Positions 12,301 through 26,858 of a stretch of DNA of 64,000 nucleotides are shown here, in pieces. Position numbers and translations under genes: made by a program. The notes beneath the pieces are model-generated. The model was not told the DNA's origin and ran no database searches. It worked only from the letters and a program-made list of their open reading frames with translations. Every line of letters begins with the position of its first letter. Position 1 is the first letter of the stretch. The stretch lies in contig JAYWIR010000037.1 in NCBI GenBank assembly GCA_036172245.1, positions 682,001 to 746,000 of the forward strand. Reading direction: 5' to 3'. Source of the DNA: Raillietiella orientalis. Its lineage: Eukaryota.

Positions 12301-15300
12301 TCTCAATCGGTTTATCCGAGTGTACATGCAGCCACTTATAAAGACTGATTTATGTATTATACTCGAACATCTTTTTCCTCATTTGAGTGAACAACTTATT
12401 AACAAAATGGTAACTTTTAATTGTGGTTTGGGAGATGAATTCAATCTACGAGACCTTTGCCGTTGGGGCTCTTTAAATGGAGAAAAAGAATTTATGCACC
12501 TATTTTACTTAGATAGAATGTGCTCTGATGATTCAAGAGAAAAAGTGTGTATGGATCACCTCAATTTTACAGAAATCATGTGTTCTTAGGTTGTCACTGC
12601 TTATGAGGAAATATTTGGAGAACAATATCACTACCCAATACCTAACATCAACATTATGGAATTTGGCATCTGTTTTGGTAATTCATATATTCCGTATGTT
12701 CAAGATGGTATTTGGAATAATCTGTCTATTGGTGATAACATGTATATTTCAAAACGCAGTCTTGCACCTTTATGTTCATTGGCAAAATGTGTTGAAATGA
12801 ATTGGATGGTAATTTTGGTTAGTAATCCAATACATAAGTTTATTTATGTTTATTGTTCATTTAATATGTACAGATGAAAAAAAATGTTTATTAATCTGTC
12901 TTTCTGAGTTATTCTTCCTTTCAAGGTGGGCTCACAAGAATCTAATAAAATTCAATTAGTACACCTTCTGGCCAGTTTACTTGGTCATCAAATCCATGTA
13001 CTTGATGTGACTTCAGAAATGGATGCTACAGAATTGCTTGGTGGCTTTGAACAGGTTTCGTTTTGCTTATGAAATTTCTTTTCAGTAATCAATTGAGTAT
13101 TTTAGTTTGGTATGGGATCCTTTATATCATGCATTATTGTCATATCTGTAGTGCAAATCTTTTATTCCATTTTGGAAATGTTTCGAAAGTATCCTTGATT
13201 AGTAAGAGAATGATTGGGAAAACATGGAATGGTTATTCAAGTAGTGCATTCTCATCTTAAAATTATGTAATTTGCTGAAAGATTAAGGCAAAATTTTATG
13301 GTGATATCGCCAAAATAATCAGGATAATTTGTGCGAAACTCCTTTTAGAAATCTGATTTTCTTTTGTTCACATACAAAAAAGAATTTGACGAGAATCTAA
13401 AATTGCAGTTTGAAGAATTGAGTTGTTATAATGCTCTGTGCTTTTATAATAATGTGAATGTGAATGTGTCAGAAATATTCAAATATATTCCAAAATATTT
13501 ATGTTTCATGCAGAAGGTGAAAGAATAATTGAAAATCAGAAAACAAACTAGCTTGTTTGATCTTACAATCTTGATGCTAAAATTAATGACTGCATTCATG
13601 TTCTCGAATATCCGTGTTTCATTTATGTTAATGCGTAATTTTTTATAAATATAATACAATTATATTCCATTAATGTTGATGATATATATTTTTCAATACA
13701 ATATGGTGCATCAAGAATCATATTAAGTTTATGGATGAATTCATGTATCCATCCATTTACTTGCATGTATTTTCTTATGCATACAAATTCCAGGGCAGTA
13801 GTGTTTATTTTTTTCTAAAAACTAGTTTTTAATCTTGTTTTATCCCTTCACTAATATTTGGGACTATTGATATAAGATGACCAAATTTAAAGGATTTGAT
13901 TGTCTTGAAGTACAATCAAGATGGAAATTGCAATATTAGCATGAATTTTTGGCTGTGTTCCTCATTTTTTTCTTTACTCTTGAAGAAATGAACTCCTTTA
14001 CAATCAAATGGTCAAAATTTTATTGTTCATGAGTGTGCAAATTATTAAAACGTCAAGTCCCATTATCTAAAATACAGAATTTAATATGTTATACAAGTAC
14101 TGATTCCATACTTATTTTCATCTTAGTCTTTTATAAGGCAATTTTATTGCTAACATATAAATTTTTTGTTTTGTGTAGACTGATTTAGCCCGACATTTTG
14201 AGAACTTATCTATGGAGGTTGAATTTCAATTGAAGCACACTCTTAGAAAAATGTTACTGGAACCACCTCATGCTATTAATAAACTGAAACATTTAGCCCA
14301 TGCTTGGGATTCATACCAGAGGAAAACTCAGACAAGTATACCTTTTATTTTTCGTTTTTCATTATTGACTGCTTTTATTTAATGAACATACCTTAGATTT
14401 TGAGAAACATTTAAAGACTGGTTTTTAATTTATCTCGATCATCTTGGCTTTAGTCATCTGTTTACGTATTCTTGAAAAATAATTTCCTTATTCGAGGTCA
14501 ATTTCAAGTCACTATAAATGTGTATTTTCCTACAGTGACTCAGACAGATATTCATCAAGTAAAATGTTTAGCTTGTATTGTGACTTTGAATGGATTTGGT
14601 TAATGAATTTTTGAATATAATTCCTCTTTACTAAAACCAGGAATTTTTGCCTGTTTTTATGCTATACAAGCAGCTGAAGTGAAAACCTAAACTGGTTAAA
14701 ACTAAAAGGAAAAAACTCAAATTTTGTTGGAATATATCATTTATTTCCAAATTTTGTTTAATAATTGTTTATTTCCTTATTGGAAGAACTATATGCTCCT
14801 ATAAAAAGTGTCACATACATGAACCAAAAAAATGAGAATTGTTTGGTATGCATTTGAAAGTTCAACAGTTTTCACTTATATGAAAACTAAAGAAATCATC
14901 TGTTTTTTTAGATAGGAAGATTGTATTTTATTCTTTAATGAAAATTATTTTTGAAAAGTTGATGTACATACTTATCTGCAATTCTAGGGATCTACGTTTC
15001 TTTAGTAGAGGATTAAGCTTTTAATTGCCATAACAGCTGATTATATGTCTCTTTAAATAGGTAGTAACAGATATGAATAATCAAAACTCAACATTGTATT
15101 TATGTTACTTTTGAAATGCAGAGTGTGATGACTGAATTTATTGTGTTTCAGAAAGTGAAAATTGCATCTCTATAACAACAAAAAACTTATCTCTTTTATG
15201 CAAATACTTGTTTAGTCTTCTGGAAGCAATAAAAAGATATGATTCAGATTCTATTTGGGAGAGTTTTAATGAAACTCTTCAGAAAATTGAAAAGCAGCTA

Positions 15301-18300
15301 AATACACAACAATTAACATGTACTGGTCAATTTGAATGGATTGAAAGTGTTTTAGTGCAGGTATTGTTCTATTTAATTTTTTGGAATGTTTGTAATGAAT
15401 GATGTGAAATCGTTTTGCAATTGAAATTGCTGTTTTATCTGGTTATCATGAAAAAGTTAGTGGATTCCTTTTTCTTATAAATTTTTACATGGAAAGAAAG
15501 AAATTCTCATGCTTTTCCAAACGTCATGATGGTTTTGTTTCTTTGGGCAGACATTGATGGCATTTTCTCCATTCCTAAAGCCTAATATGAGAAATTATTG
15601 TACCTGATTATATTGATTATTTGATGATCTTACACTAATCTGTACCCTTGATCATATTAGTCTGTGTTGATTCTTGTATCAAAAATATGATTATTGCCTG
15701 CACAAAAGATTTAGCATGCAACATCCATCCATCCATACAGTTCTGGTAGCTCATACCTAGCATTCTGAAAGTTATGGTTTTGTTTCTTTCTTTTTTATAG
15801 TTTTAATTTTTTTAGTAGCATTCTTCAAATCAGCGACAACTCGATGTTTTCTGTGCATAATTTTGCCATTTTTCTTCTTGGCTTCTTGAATTGTAAATTA
15901 ATATCCATGATACTGTGCTCTTATGCAATATTGTATGCATGCTTTAGCCATGAAGAAAGGTCGCATGTCTTGAAACCCGAATTTATGAAAGATTTTGCAT
16001 AAAATTGTTTACCATTTCATTATAGAATATGTACTGAAACAGTACCATTATTGTTTCACATATTTGCAGCTATTGGAGTTTTGAAAAGTTTTTCTTAACT
16101 AAATGCTGCAGGACAGAAGGGTAGACAATTTAGTCTTTTTAAACATATATTTCCTCTTTTTAAACATTTTCATATGTCTGTATTTCATTATTAAATGATT
16201 TTGGGCCATTCCCTTTTCATTGTTTACTTATAATTTTCATCTCATTTAGCTTACCAGTGGGACATTTGATTATTTGAAAAATTATCTGCGAAACCTGAGA
16301 TAATTTCCAGTGAAAATACTTTCATAAATTTTTGCCCCCAGAGTTATAATAATTCAAGAATGCAAGAAAGAATTGAGCAAATGACTGAATTAGTAAACTT
16401 CTTTAAAACCTAAATTCTGAACATGAAATCAGTATATTTTAAAAATATTTTAAAAATCGTGTGATATTTGAAATATTCCTAGATATTTCAATTATCATTT
16501 ATGATGCAAGTGATCATTGAAATAATCTTTACGAATTGTTTGACTCTTACCGTTGCTTGTTATCTAATTATTATCCCTGTCATGTGTATGAAGTATTTTC
16601 TATGAAATAATTGTAAATCATCCCTTTCATCAGTTAATTTGGCATGTTCTGTATGAATGTTGTTGATACATTAGATTAGTTGAAATAGTCTGCGTGTTCC
16701 ATCCCTTTCAGTCCATTATGTGGTTGAATTTAAAATAAATTATATTACACATACACACACACTTGATTCAAGAAGTTACTACTTTTTAATAAATGTTCAT
16801 TTAAAAGGGTGAAACAAGGAATTTTTTCAACTAAAATCATATATTAAACCCTATAAAATATGCACTTTTCCCTGGACTCCTACTTCGACTATCGAAACAT
16901 TTGGAAACATTTCCATATCATATTTAAATCCAAAAGGTTTCCAAAGATTTTTCAGTATTTATTCTTATAAATGGATAATAACTGGAGCATTATTCGTGTG
17001 TATGTTACCTATAAACACACAAATGAATATATATATATGTATTTTTTCCGAAATGCCCCCTGAACATGACTTTGAGCTTCAATGATGGTGAAAATGCTAC
17101 AGTTCATTACTTTTGACAATTTCCAAGAATGCCAAGTTACTCGTTATTGTAGTTATTGTATGAAAATGTATAGAGTTCTTATTAACACATGATCTTTATT
17201 AGGGATTGCTAAAATGTTTTCCAGATTGCTGCAGTCATGACATACTTAATGATATACTTGATTATGTTTCATACACTGATAATGTTTTCCTCTTTAATTC
17301 AAATTGTAGGGACAATGGATCCAAAACTGAAATACCTATTTTGAAAAAAAAAAAAAAAACAATGGTGTTCAAGTGTTTCTGTCATTAAACATTTTTATTG
17401 GAACTATGTGTTTTTGTTCTGCTTAAGAATTAATTCATAACACGTTCTTTAATTATTCTGTATCTTAGAATATTAAAAATAATGACTATAGTAGAGAAGT
17501 ACATGTTAATAAGCATTGCATTTGTAAGTTTTCACAATTCTTAATGATGGAAAATTTGCTAGGCTTTGCAAAAAGGTCACTGGTTATTGATGAATAACAT
17601 CAATTTATGCAGTCCATCTGTTTTGGATCGTTTGAATGGTTTGTTAGAGCCAGATGGTGTCCTAACATTGACTGAACGTGGAGTGATTGATGGGCAGATT
17701 CCTTCAGTAAAACCTCATCCAAATTTTAGAATCTTTTTTACAATGGACCCCAAGTTTGGAGAAATTTCCAGGTGCGTTCATGTTAGTTTTCTACAGTATG
17801 TAATTATTGTTTTTTTCAATAAAATACCTATATATGTGAAGTGATAATCATGATTATAATAATTGTGAAGAAATTTATAGATAGTTGACAGATGTGAAAG
17901 TTAATTTGATGTTAATTCAGAGCAATGAAAAATCGTGGGGTTGAAATATATATTCCTGGTCTTGAAGAGAAAGATCATGTAATAAATGGACTCGATTTAG
18001 AATTGCAATTTCAACTTACAGGATTGGAAAATCTGACAATGCGCAAATCACTACAAACAATTCATGAGCGTATTAACCAAAGTCTTCCAGGTATGCATGG
18101 ATTTCAATGTGAATTTCACTATATTGCAATTAGATTTTCAGAAATTTCCTTTAAGCACTTTGTTCAGTGCTTGTTTGATGGCTGCAAATTACTTGCACAG
18201 TGGATTGCAAATATCTAATACACTAAGTTTGACTTGTGAACAAATTTATATTCTCAAGCAGTCAAATTATGAAATAAGACAAAATACTTCAAACATTATA

Positions 18301-21300
18301 AAGAATTACACAGAGTCTCAACAAAATGAAATCCATCTTCCTTTTAAATGTTCCTTATTTCCATTGCTTAATGTAAGAGAATGTATAAATTGTCCACTAG
18401 TGGCATCTATAAAGAGGGAATTTTCTTTGCTGGATACATTACATAAAGTTATTGATGATAACTATGCAGATGATTTCATTTCATCCCTAAGATCTGCTCT
18501 ATGCCAAGGATGTATCGATGCTGATCTCCCTTCAGCCATTCACAAGCATGATTCTGTAATCAATGTTTGCATATATTATGCAAGCAAATTGTTCTGTGAA
18601 CTATGTCCATTATTTCTTTTGCCTTATATGAATCAGTGGATGGAAAACTGTCCACATAAAATCAAAAACTGCTGGGAACCTTTTTCCAAAAAAGTTGATA
18701 CTTACCTTTCACTTGTACAAGATGCCAATCTTGCTTTTAATTGCAATTTCTTTGGAAATCCAAATGTGGGTTCTATGTCTGATTGGTCTACAGTTGCAAC
18801 TCTAGTTTTGTTGGACTTAGAACATCATTTCGTTGTGAATATACTTGATGCAAAATGCAAATCTGATGTTGAAACTCATGTTCGACCACACACTGTTCAT
18901 GGAACTTTGATTAAAGGTGAGATTACCTTTTGAAATTTGTACCATAGATTGAAACATTATATGTGAGTATTTTGGTTTAAGGAATAATTAAAAGATAATT
19001 GCATATAGCACTGACATTTTTAATTGTTCGACTAGTAAGTTTGTTTTTCCTTTATTGTGGTTGTCATAAATCTGAAAATATAGGATACTTCAATATAAAT
19101 ATCAGCATTGTTCTCATAATTCATTCTATTATAGTTGAGTAAAAACTTCAATGTTTGCTTATGATGGTAAGTTCTTACAAAGAGTTTCTATTTTTCAATA
19201 AATTCCTTTATCACTGTGCACTACTAATCAAGATGCAGCATAAAAAAGAATGATTTGTGAACTACATTATGTTAAATTTGGATGTGTTGAATGTAATTTT
19301 ACATTGAAATAGGATTTAATTGTAAATTTGTTTAAGAAGAGCAAATTGAATTTGATAATCATTAAATACAAATCGCCCGTCGCTCTGATATAGTCTTGAA
19401 AGTGAAATAAATTATCTCGTTCATGAATATTCGCTGTAAACTGACTACAGGTAATTTGTGTTTGATATTTCTGTTAATATTCTAGAATTTAAAATATGTG
19501 TCTTAAACTGGTGTACTTAATTTTTGCAAAATATGGTGCTTCATGTGTAAATATTTGCATTCGTGAGTGCTAATATGATAGAATCTTAAATACGTTTTCT
19601 TCACATCTGCTTCTCTTTTCTCCATTGTGGTTTTTAATTTTTAATTTGTTTTCTTATTTGAGAAGATTTATTCAAAATTGAATTGTTGTTTTTAGGCTCC
19701 ACTTTACCAAAAAGTCCTTCAATATTTTTTTTTTTTGAAAACATTTGAAAATTTAAATTGTTTTTTGTATGGGATGGGATGTTTCAGATATACTGTGTTT
19801 ATTATTTTTTTTATATCCTCATATAACAGTTATAACATTTGAATGAGATTTCTTTGTTTTGATAGAGTTTGCTTTGTTTGTTTTGTTCTTAACTATTCGA
19901 CAAATTGGGGTGTTACGATTCAGTCCCCGATTTTGTCATTGTTACAGAGGTGCTGAAAGAATATTTTGGAGAAAATTTGTGCTTGTAGTTGATAGATGTT
20001 AGCATATTACTCACATTATGTTTTTATGGTAAAACCAGATTTATTTCCAATAAGAATTACTGCTAGCTATTGCATTCTTTAGTTTTCTTCCCTACTTTGA
20101 GTGCTCATATAATTCTGTTATGTGAATGTTCAACCATGATCACATTGGAACTATCTGAATTTCTGTTTCATCATGCTAAGAGTATTCTTTTTCTTCACTT
20201 TTCTGCAGTCATTTTTTAATGCACTGTTGTAGTTTCAATTTTTCATTCGGAATTGCGCTATCTAAATATGAGTTCTAAATAATATGAAAATTTTAGACGA
20301 TGGAAGTTATTATGAGAAGCAAGATGCATTAGTTTCCAAGCTTAATGATTTGATGTGTCATATTGAAAAAGAATCCAGCTTGATCAACAGCAAGTGTTCC
20401 TCTTCAGTACGAGTACCATTTTATATGAAAATTTTTTGGAAAATCAAATTTTTGCAATTTCTTAAAAACAGCCAATGTTACTCCAAATTTGAGTTCTTAG
20501 GACTTTTAGGTTTTTATTGGCAACAATTTCGCAAGTTTATCGACTTAACTAAAATGTATGTATGATTTATCTTATGTAAATAATCATTTGGTTAAACATT
20601 CTAGATGTTTTAGCAGTCATTTGGAGCAAAATATACAAGATATGGATGCAGTGATTCCCATTGATAATACGTGCAAGTTAATCCGTAATATTCGCGAAAG
20701 ATTTCATTTTCCCAAAGCCTGGAGTAACTCAAAGCAAGCTGCTTTTGAAGTTTACTTGTTTGAGTAAGAAAGTCTAATTATTACTAAATGAGTGATTACG
20801 GATATATTTTAATTTATATGTGTTAATGTGCAATGAGTGAATTCGTTTACTTCAGAGAGCATTTTTGTGTATATTCCATCCTTAAAACTGTAATATTTTT
20901 ACATCAACTCCAGTTTTGCTTTCATTTTTTTTATCATTTTTGTTGGTATCTCCCTTTAGATTATGTCGAAAATTGAGTATTTGGCCACATGCATGTTCCA
21001 ATGTGCAATTTGATCATCTAGAACGGATGTGCAAATATATATCACTTTGTGAAAACTATTCTGATATAGTAGAAATCTTGATCTCCACAGATTGGAGTGT
21101 GGATAGAAATGATGAGCTTATTCAAAGTAAAATCTATCTTATTTAAATTATAAATTTTTATTTTTTTCTCGAGTAGAACTAAAACATGCTGAAGGAAAAT
21201 TATGTAGTGATGGAATATTAATGAGCATCAGCATTTCCAGCATATCGTCTTGTTGTCTTTTAATGAATTCAGATATCAAAGCTGAAGAAATGTTTCCTTT

Positions 21301-24300
21301 AGAAATTTGGCTGGTGAAAGAATATTTTCGACTTGCTCAACCGTTTTCTAAAGATGTCTTACAATCAGCTTCCACATCCATATGGTATTCTAGAAAAGTG
21401 CATTTGAATAAAAATGCATTGACTCATTCAGAATCGCATCAAGCTTTATATTTTTGGAATTATGTTTTCAGTCCCGTATTATATGCACCATATCTGATTT
21501 TGCGGAAATATTCAAACCACGTTCGTACTCTTAAATATCAGTTAATTGTCGTTATTGGAATTTGTTTCAGGAGGTCCTCTCACACTCAGTGAAGATTTCT
21601 CTTTCTTGTTTTGTAAGCACTGTAATAAATGCAAGTAATCAAATATCTCTGGGTTTATACCATCATAAAACACAGTATATTTCTCTATTATGTTCAACAT
21701 TGCAGGATAATTATGCCTCGCTCAAAGTAGACAGCAAGTAAGCAAGCATATTCTCAGCGTGGATTTCTGTAATTCGTTCACTATTTCAGAGAGATAGAAA
21801 TTAATTATGTCTTGAGTAGCATCAAGGATTTGTTTTCCAAATTACGTTTACCAACTAATGATTTTTCGTTAGATTTTGTTTTTAATTTCCCCATTGGCCT
21901 GGAACCTTTTGATGAGCGAGTGTTTTCTGTGAAATTCCAGTCTTTAATTTCAATGTTACATGACAAAACGAAGTTTCTTGCATCCGCTGTACCTCCTTGG
22001 AAGATTCATACTGATTACTTCTGGGTACTTCTTGGAGTTACAAAAATAGAATTGTTCTCAAAATTGGAATCTATTGATCCTGTTGAAAAGCAAAGAATCA
22101 AAGCAGACTATTTTCATTGTTTGGTATTAATCCTTTGATATAAATGTGTTTATTAGTTTCAATTTAGTTCGAACATCTGGAATGTCAAGAGTTTTTTCAT
22201 AAGTTTCGTTGGTTCCTTTTATATGAGGGCAGTGTGCCCACATATAATTTTTATGAAGACATACAGGAGTCTCAAAGACTCTGCCAATTGAAGATGCAAA
22301 AACATAGCTGTGTTGGTTCTCGACCATCAATTTCCTTGTATTATAATTTGCAAAAGGTTTGCAAAAGTAGTTTCAGATTCTTCATTTTCTCCAATCTTTT
22401 TTAGGATATACATCAGTTTATCAGTAATGTTGGAAATGTTGACAATCTTTTGTCTCTGGCAAATAAAATGGATTGTTTTGAGATTGCAGATGAAAATGAA
22501 TTGAAAGACAGCTATAATAAATTGAGCAGTTTGATAGAATCTCTCAAAACTTTCGTTATATTACTAGAAACTAAATATACGTTGTATGAGGACCTCATAT
22601 GTGGACTAATTACAGCTATTTTACAGGTATTCATACTTTGCAAGTGTCACTGAATATTGGTTGTAAACTTTGATAGGTTATTTACGGATTTCACAAAATG
22701 CGTTCACGTATTATAAAAAAATTTAACATAGATCTCATTATAAGTAAATGTGGGTTGTCTCTGGAACAGTGCCTTAATTTCTGTACTTCATTTTTGCAAT
22801 TCATACCTTCAGAAGAGGAGTTTTTAAAATCTATGGAATTCTTAACAGATACAGACAAAATATTGGAATTAGTTGCATGTGATAAACAGAATGACATGCA
22901 CAAAAGGTATGACTTTACTTTTGATGTATTTATAACAATATTCTAGCTTAATGAGGGTTTGCCTTTGGGAAACAGCGAATTGTATGTTGAGACAACAATA
23001 TTTTAATCCCTTACTTTTGGAAATGTTTCACAAAATACTTGTAAAGTTCATTTCAATGTTTAAAAGGCAAGAAGAACAAATGATGTGGAAAATTACTGAA
23101 AAGTCAAGTTTATACAAATCCAAGTAAGATTTTTGTGTGAACATATGGACATTGTCATGGCCCCATGTATCTGTGCATATATTTGGATTTGCATATTATT
23201 TTAGGATACGGAGTGAATATATTGATTTGAAAAATCAAGGAATAAACGCACAAGAGGATCAGTTTCTTGATTATTCTAAAGATTTTGAAGATCTTAGTGA
23301 AAACCAGCATTCCTGCCCTCATAAATTATCTGAGAATGAAACAGCTGGTGTCAGTATATACGATGACGATTTTATCGTAATAAAACAGACACACACACTT
23401 CTTATTCACGCTTTATATAATTCATTTTGGATTAAATCTAGTCCTTGCAGTTCTGAGTTAAACCTTGGTGTTCCCTTACTATGTGAAAGGTATTTAACAT
23501 TAAATTAAATAAGCAATTTATCTGCATAACATGCAGATACAAAATCATTGGAGAACTGCTTTCACAGCATACATTTGAGTTGGATAATAATGCTGAATGT
23601 CGAGTCATTCCACTCCACATAATGATGGGATCATTGACTGAAGAATGTAGAGCAACCTATGATAAAAAATTTTTATATCCTTTCAAACCTTATGATATAT
23701 ACCACGATTCGAATGTGGATGAAGTTCTGTCTAGTTTGCCTATGTTATACACTTTACAGAAGAAACTTCTGATATTAATGACAGAATTTGAAGAGCAACC
23801 GCAACTGAAGCAGGTGCGAGTTTTCCTTTCTTCCCATTAAGTTTAATGTGTATTGGTGTCCTATCGTAATATAGTAGAATTTGCTTTCAGATGATGGAAG
23901 TACTATGTAGATTGCTGAGTTTTGAGGTTTCTTCTTCTTTGATGCGATTTTTAACTGGACTAGAAATTCTCTTAGCCAAAGCACAAGAGTGGGAAAGTGT
24001 AGCCCACAAAGGCATTTCTCTGCTTGCAGAATTGCAACCTATAGCCCAGCTTATTCTCAAGTGGAGAAAAATGGAATTGAAGTGTTGGCAGCATACTTTA
24101 GATGTTGTTGCTTTCAAGTGAGAGTGTATAGTATATTCTCTCAGAATAATTTATATGCAATTAACAGTGCCTCAGAGAGCTCTGCAAATGCTTGGTGTTA
24201 TATGTTTGATATGGTTATGAGTCAGCCTGATCAAATGTCAACTGCAGAAGTGGAGCAACTTGCTTCTTTCCTTAAAGTATTTATAGAAAGCTCTACTTTA

Positions 24301-26827
24301 GGCGAATTCGAAAGTCGGTTGAGGCTCCTCAAAACATTTCATTGCTATTTATCTGTTAAAAACCATACGGAAAGTATGATTTTAAGAAAAACATAAGTGT
24401 ATTCTATGTATATTGTTGTAATTAGGGAAACCTAACCAAACAACATGTCTGCTTTGGCATCTGCATCACTTTTACTTTCAATTTTGTGACAGTGTTAATT
24501 TACATATCAAAATGCAACGAGATGGTATTGAGAAAAAGATCTCAGATTTTGTTGAAGTATCACGATGGAAGGATATTAATTATTGGGCAATGAAAGAATC
24601 TACAGAAAAGGCATACCGAACATTGCACAAGTATTCCAAGATGTTCAAAGTACGTTGCATGTTGAATTTTTTAAAACTTGCTGTTTAAATGTACATAAAT
24701 TCAAAGATTTATTAATTAATGTCCAAATAATATTAATAGTCCCTGATATTTATTATTCAGTCTCAGCTGTTTTGTATTTTCACTGCATTTTTATTTATGA
24801 AAAATCTTTTCCTTACTGATAATTCATTGCGTTTATCTTGCTTAAAGTTATATTCCACAAGTTTTTATAAGCATAGAAGTTCCCCTATTATTTTGCCCCA
24901 AATTGTTATTTCATCTTATCTTCTGTGAAATCCAATTATGAAAGACACCAATACACTTATTTCCATGTTCGAAATGGAGCATAACTGCAGTACAATTTTT
25001 CTCAAAACTGGAGAAGGGTTTATTAAGTGATTCAAGATTATGGCAATTTTTCGATTTTATACCTAAATAATGATCTCGCTTTGAAACTGTGCTTTGATCA
25101 ATTATCTTCTTTGAAAATGTGGTTACCTAGGATTTTATTCACTTCTAAAATATTTATTTATTTCTCAAACACTAAAGAGGGCATTAAGTGCGATTGCTTC
25201 TTTTTCTCATGGTGTTACTAGAATTCGGTTTTTTTCACAATTAATGTTTCAGTATTATAATTCTCTTTTTGGATTTTCGATTTCAGTTAACTGGATTGTG
25301 AGGATTTTTTACGGGTGTGCCACTCATTAATTCTGAAAAGACATTTTGCAAGAAAAGATGTGAAATCTCTGTAATCGAATCAAGTTAATTATGTATCTCT
25401 TTTAATGTTAATACTTGCCAATTGTAGTCGAGGTTGTTTTAACATTTCCTTTATTATATAACTTACGTTTTTTTTTTTTCCATGCTACATAAAGAATTTC
25501 CATAATGGCTGTATCCAAATTTATAATTACAATTTCACCTGGAACTGAAACCAATAATTTAGATTAAATCTTATTCACAGTATACTCTTGTGTTTTTTTT
25601 CATCACATTTAAATATTTTTTTAGATCTCTCATGATTATAAGGTATACTTGTCTGTTTAGATCACATGAACTCAAGGCTTCATAACTTGAATTTAAAATC
25701 TAGTACATGAAATCCTGAAATTTTCTTAGATTTTTCAGATCATCAACACTTAGTTTACATTTTTTATGTTAGTAATTTTTGAAAATATTTCATTACAGAA
25801 TCAAAAGTTTTTCTCTGTGTCACACAAATACCATACTGATATTCCAGAAGTCAAAATGAAGTTCTGAAGATTTTCTGGTGCATTTTTTCTGATGGGTTCT
25901 TTATTTAATATTTTTATTCCATGCAAGGTTTCAATACCGTTTCATTTTTGTTAATGAACAAGAAAAGGTCTTTCCATTCTCATTCTTCTAAACTATCTTG
26001 GAGCTTTGTTAGCATATTGAATGTTGGTGTAGTAGAAAAGCTCCAACCACGGACTTTTCAAATCAAGCTTATTCTAAATTGTGACTTCAAAGTAATCATG
26101 CTGTTTGGCCAATTTATAAATAACATTGAAATGTGTACTAAAACTAAAAAACATCTTGCTTTTGGAATAATGCCTTTAATAATTTTAAAGTGTGTTTGGC
26201 TTCGTTTTCGTTTTCTTTATTTTATGTGGAACTCTGAATCCTGATTCATACTTATTTTCGTACTTGTTTCTCAATAATATTAGTACTTGTAAGATGATGA
26301 TGTCATTGATAATTAAGAAGCAAAATATCTTGTGATTTGGTTCTGCAACAGCAAAGGTTGCAGCTTAATTTTATAGCCCATAATTTCGTTTCATGTTTTT
26401 TCAATTTCTTATACAGATGGTGGATATGTTTTCATCATTTTATAGTAAATATTAGTTTATAGTTATTTTATGTAAATCGGTCAAAATTTATCGTTTATAC
26501 CATGCATTGTTCGCTAGTGTTCATGCACTATCCTTGTGCTCTTCAACCAAAGTTTTCTTTAATGAAAATAAAATTTAGGGAAACGAACCTTTTAAAAATG
26601 GCTTTGAGTTAATTTGTTTATCACTTGAAGAAGATGGAAACTTTTATTTTTCATTCACCCTGGATTCAATCCTGTGAATGATATTAGGCAGGATAAAGTT
26701 CATTTATTATTCTATGTTTTTTTTTATGGTTCTGGCTTTTGTGGAATGTGGTTTAATGATCTTGAGGCGAAAAATATGTGTGTGATTTCATAAACTGACT
26801 AAAAATATGTGTGTGTGTGTGTGTGTT

Positions 26828-26858
<31 letters not shown>

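Noticed and set aside
14336..14345. U12-like donor GTATACCTTT
   Set aside because: Differs from the GTATCCTT consensus at +5, and there is no TCCTTAAC branch point before the 15151 acceptor.
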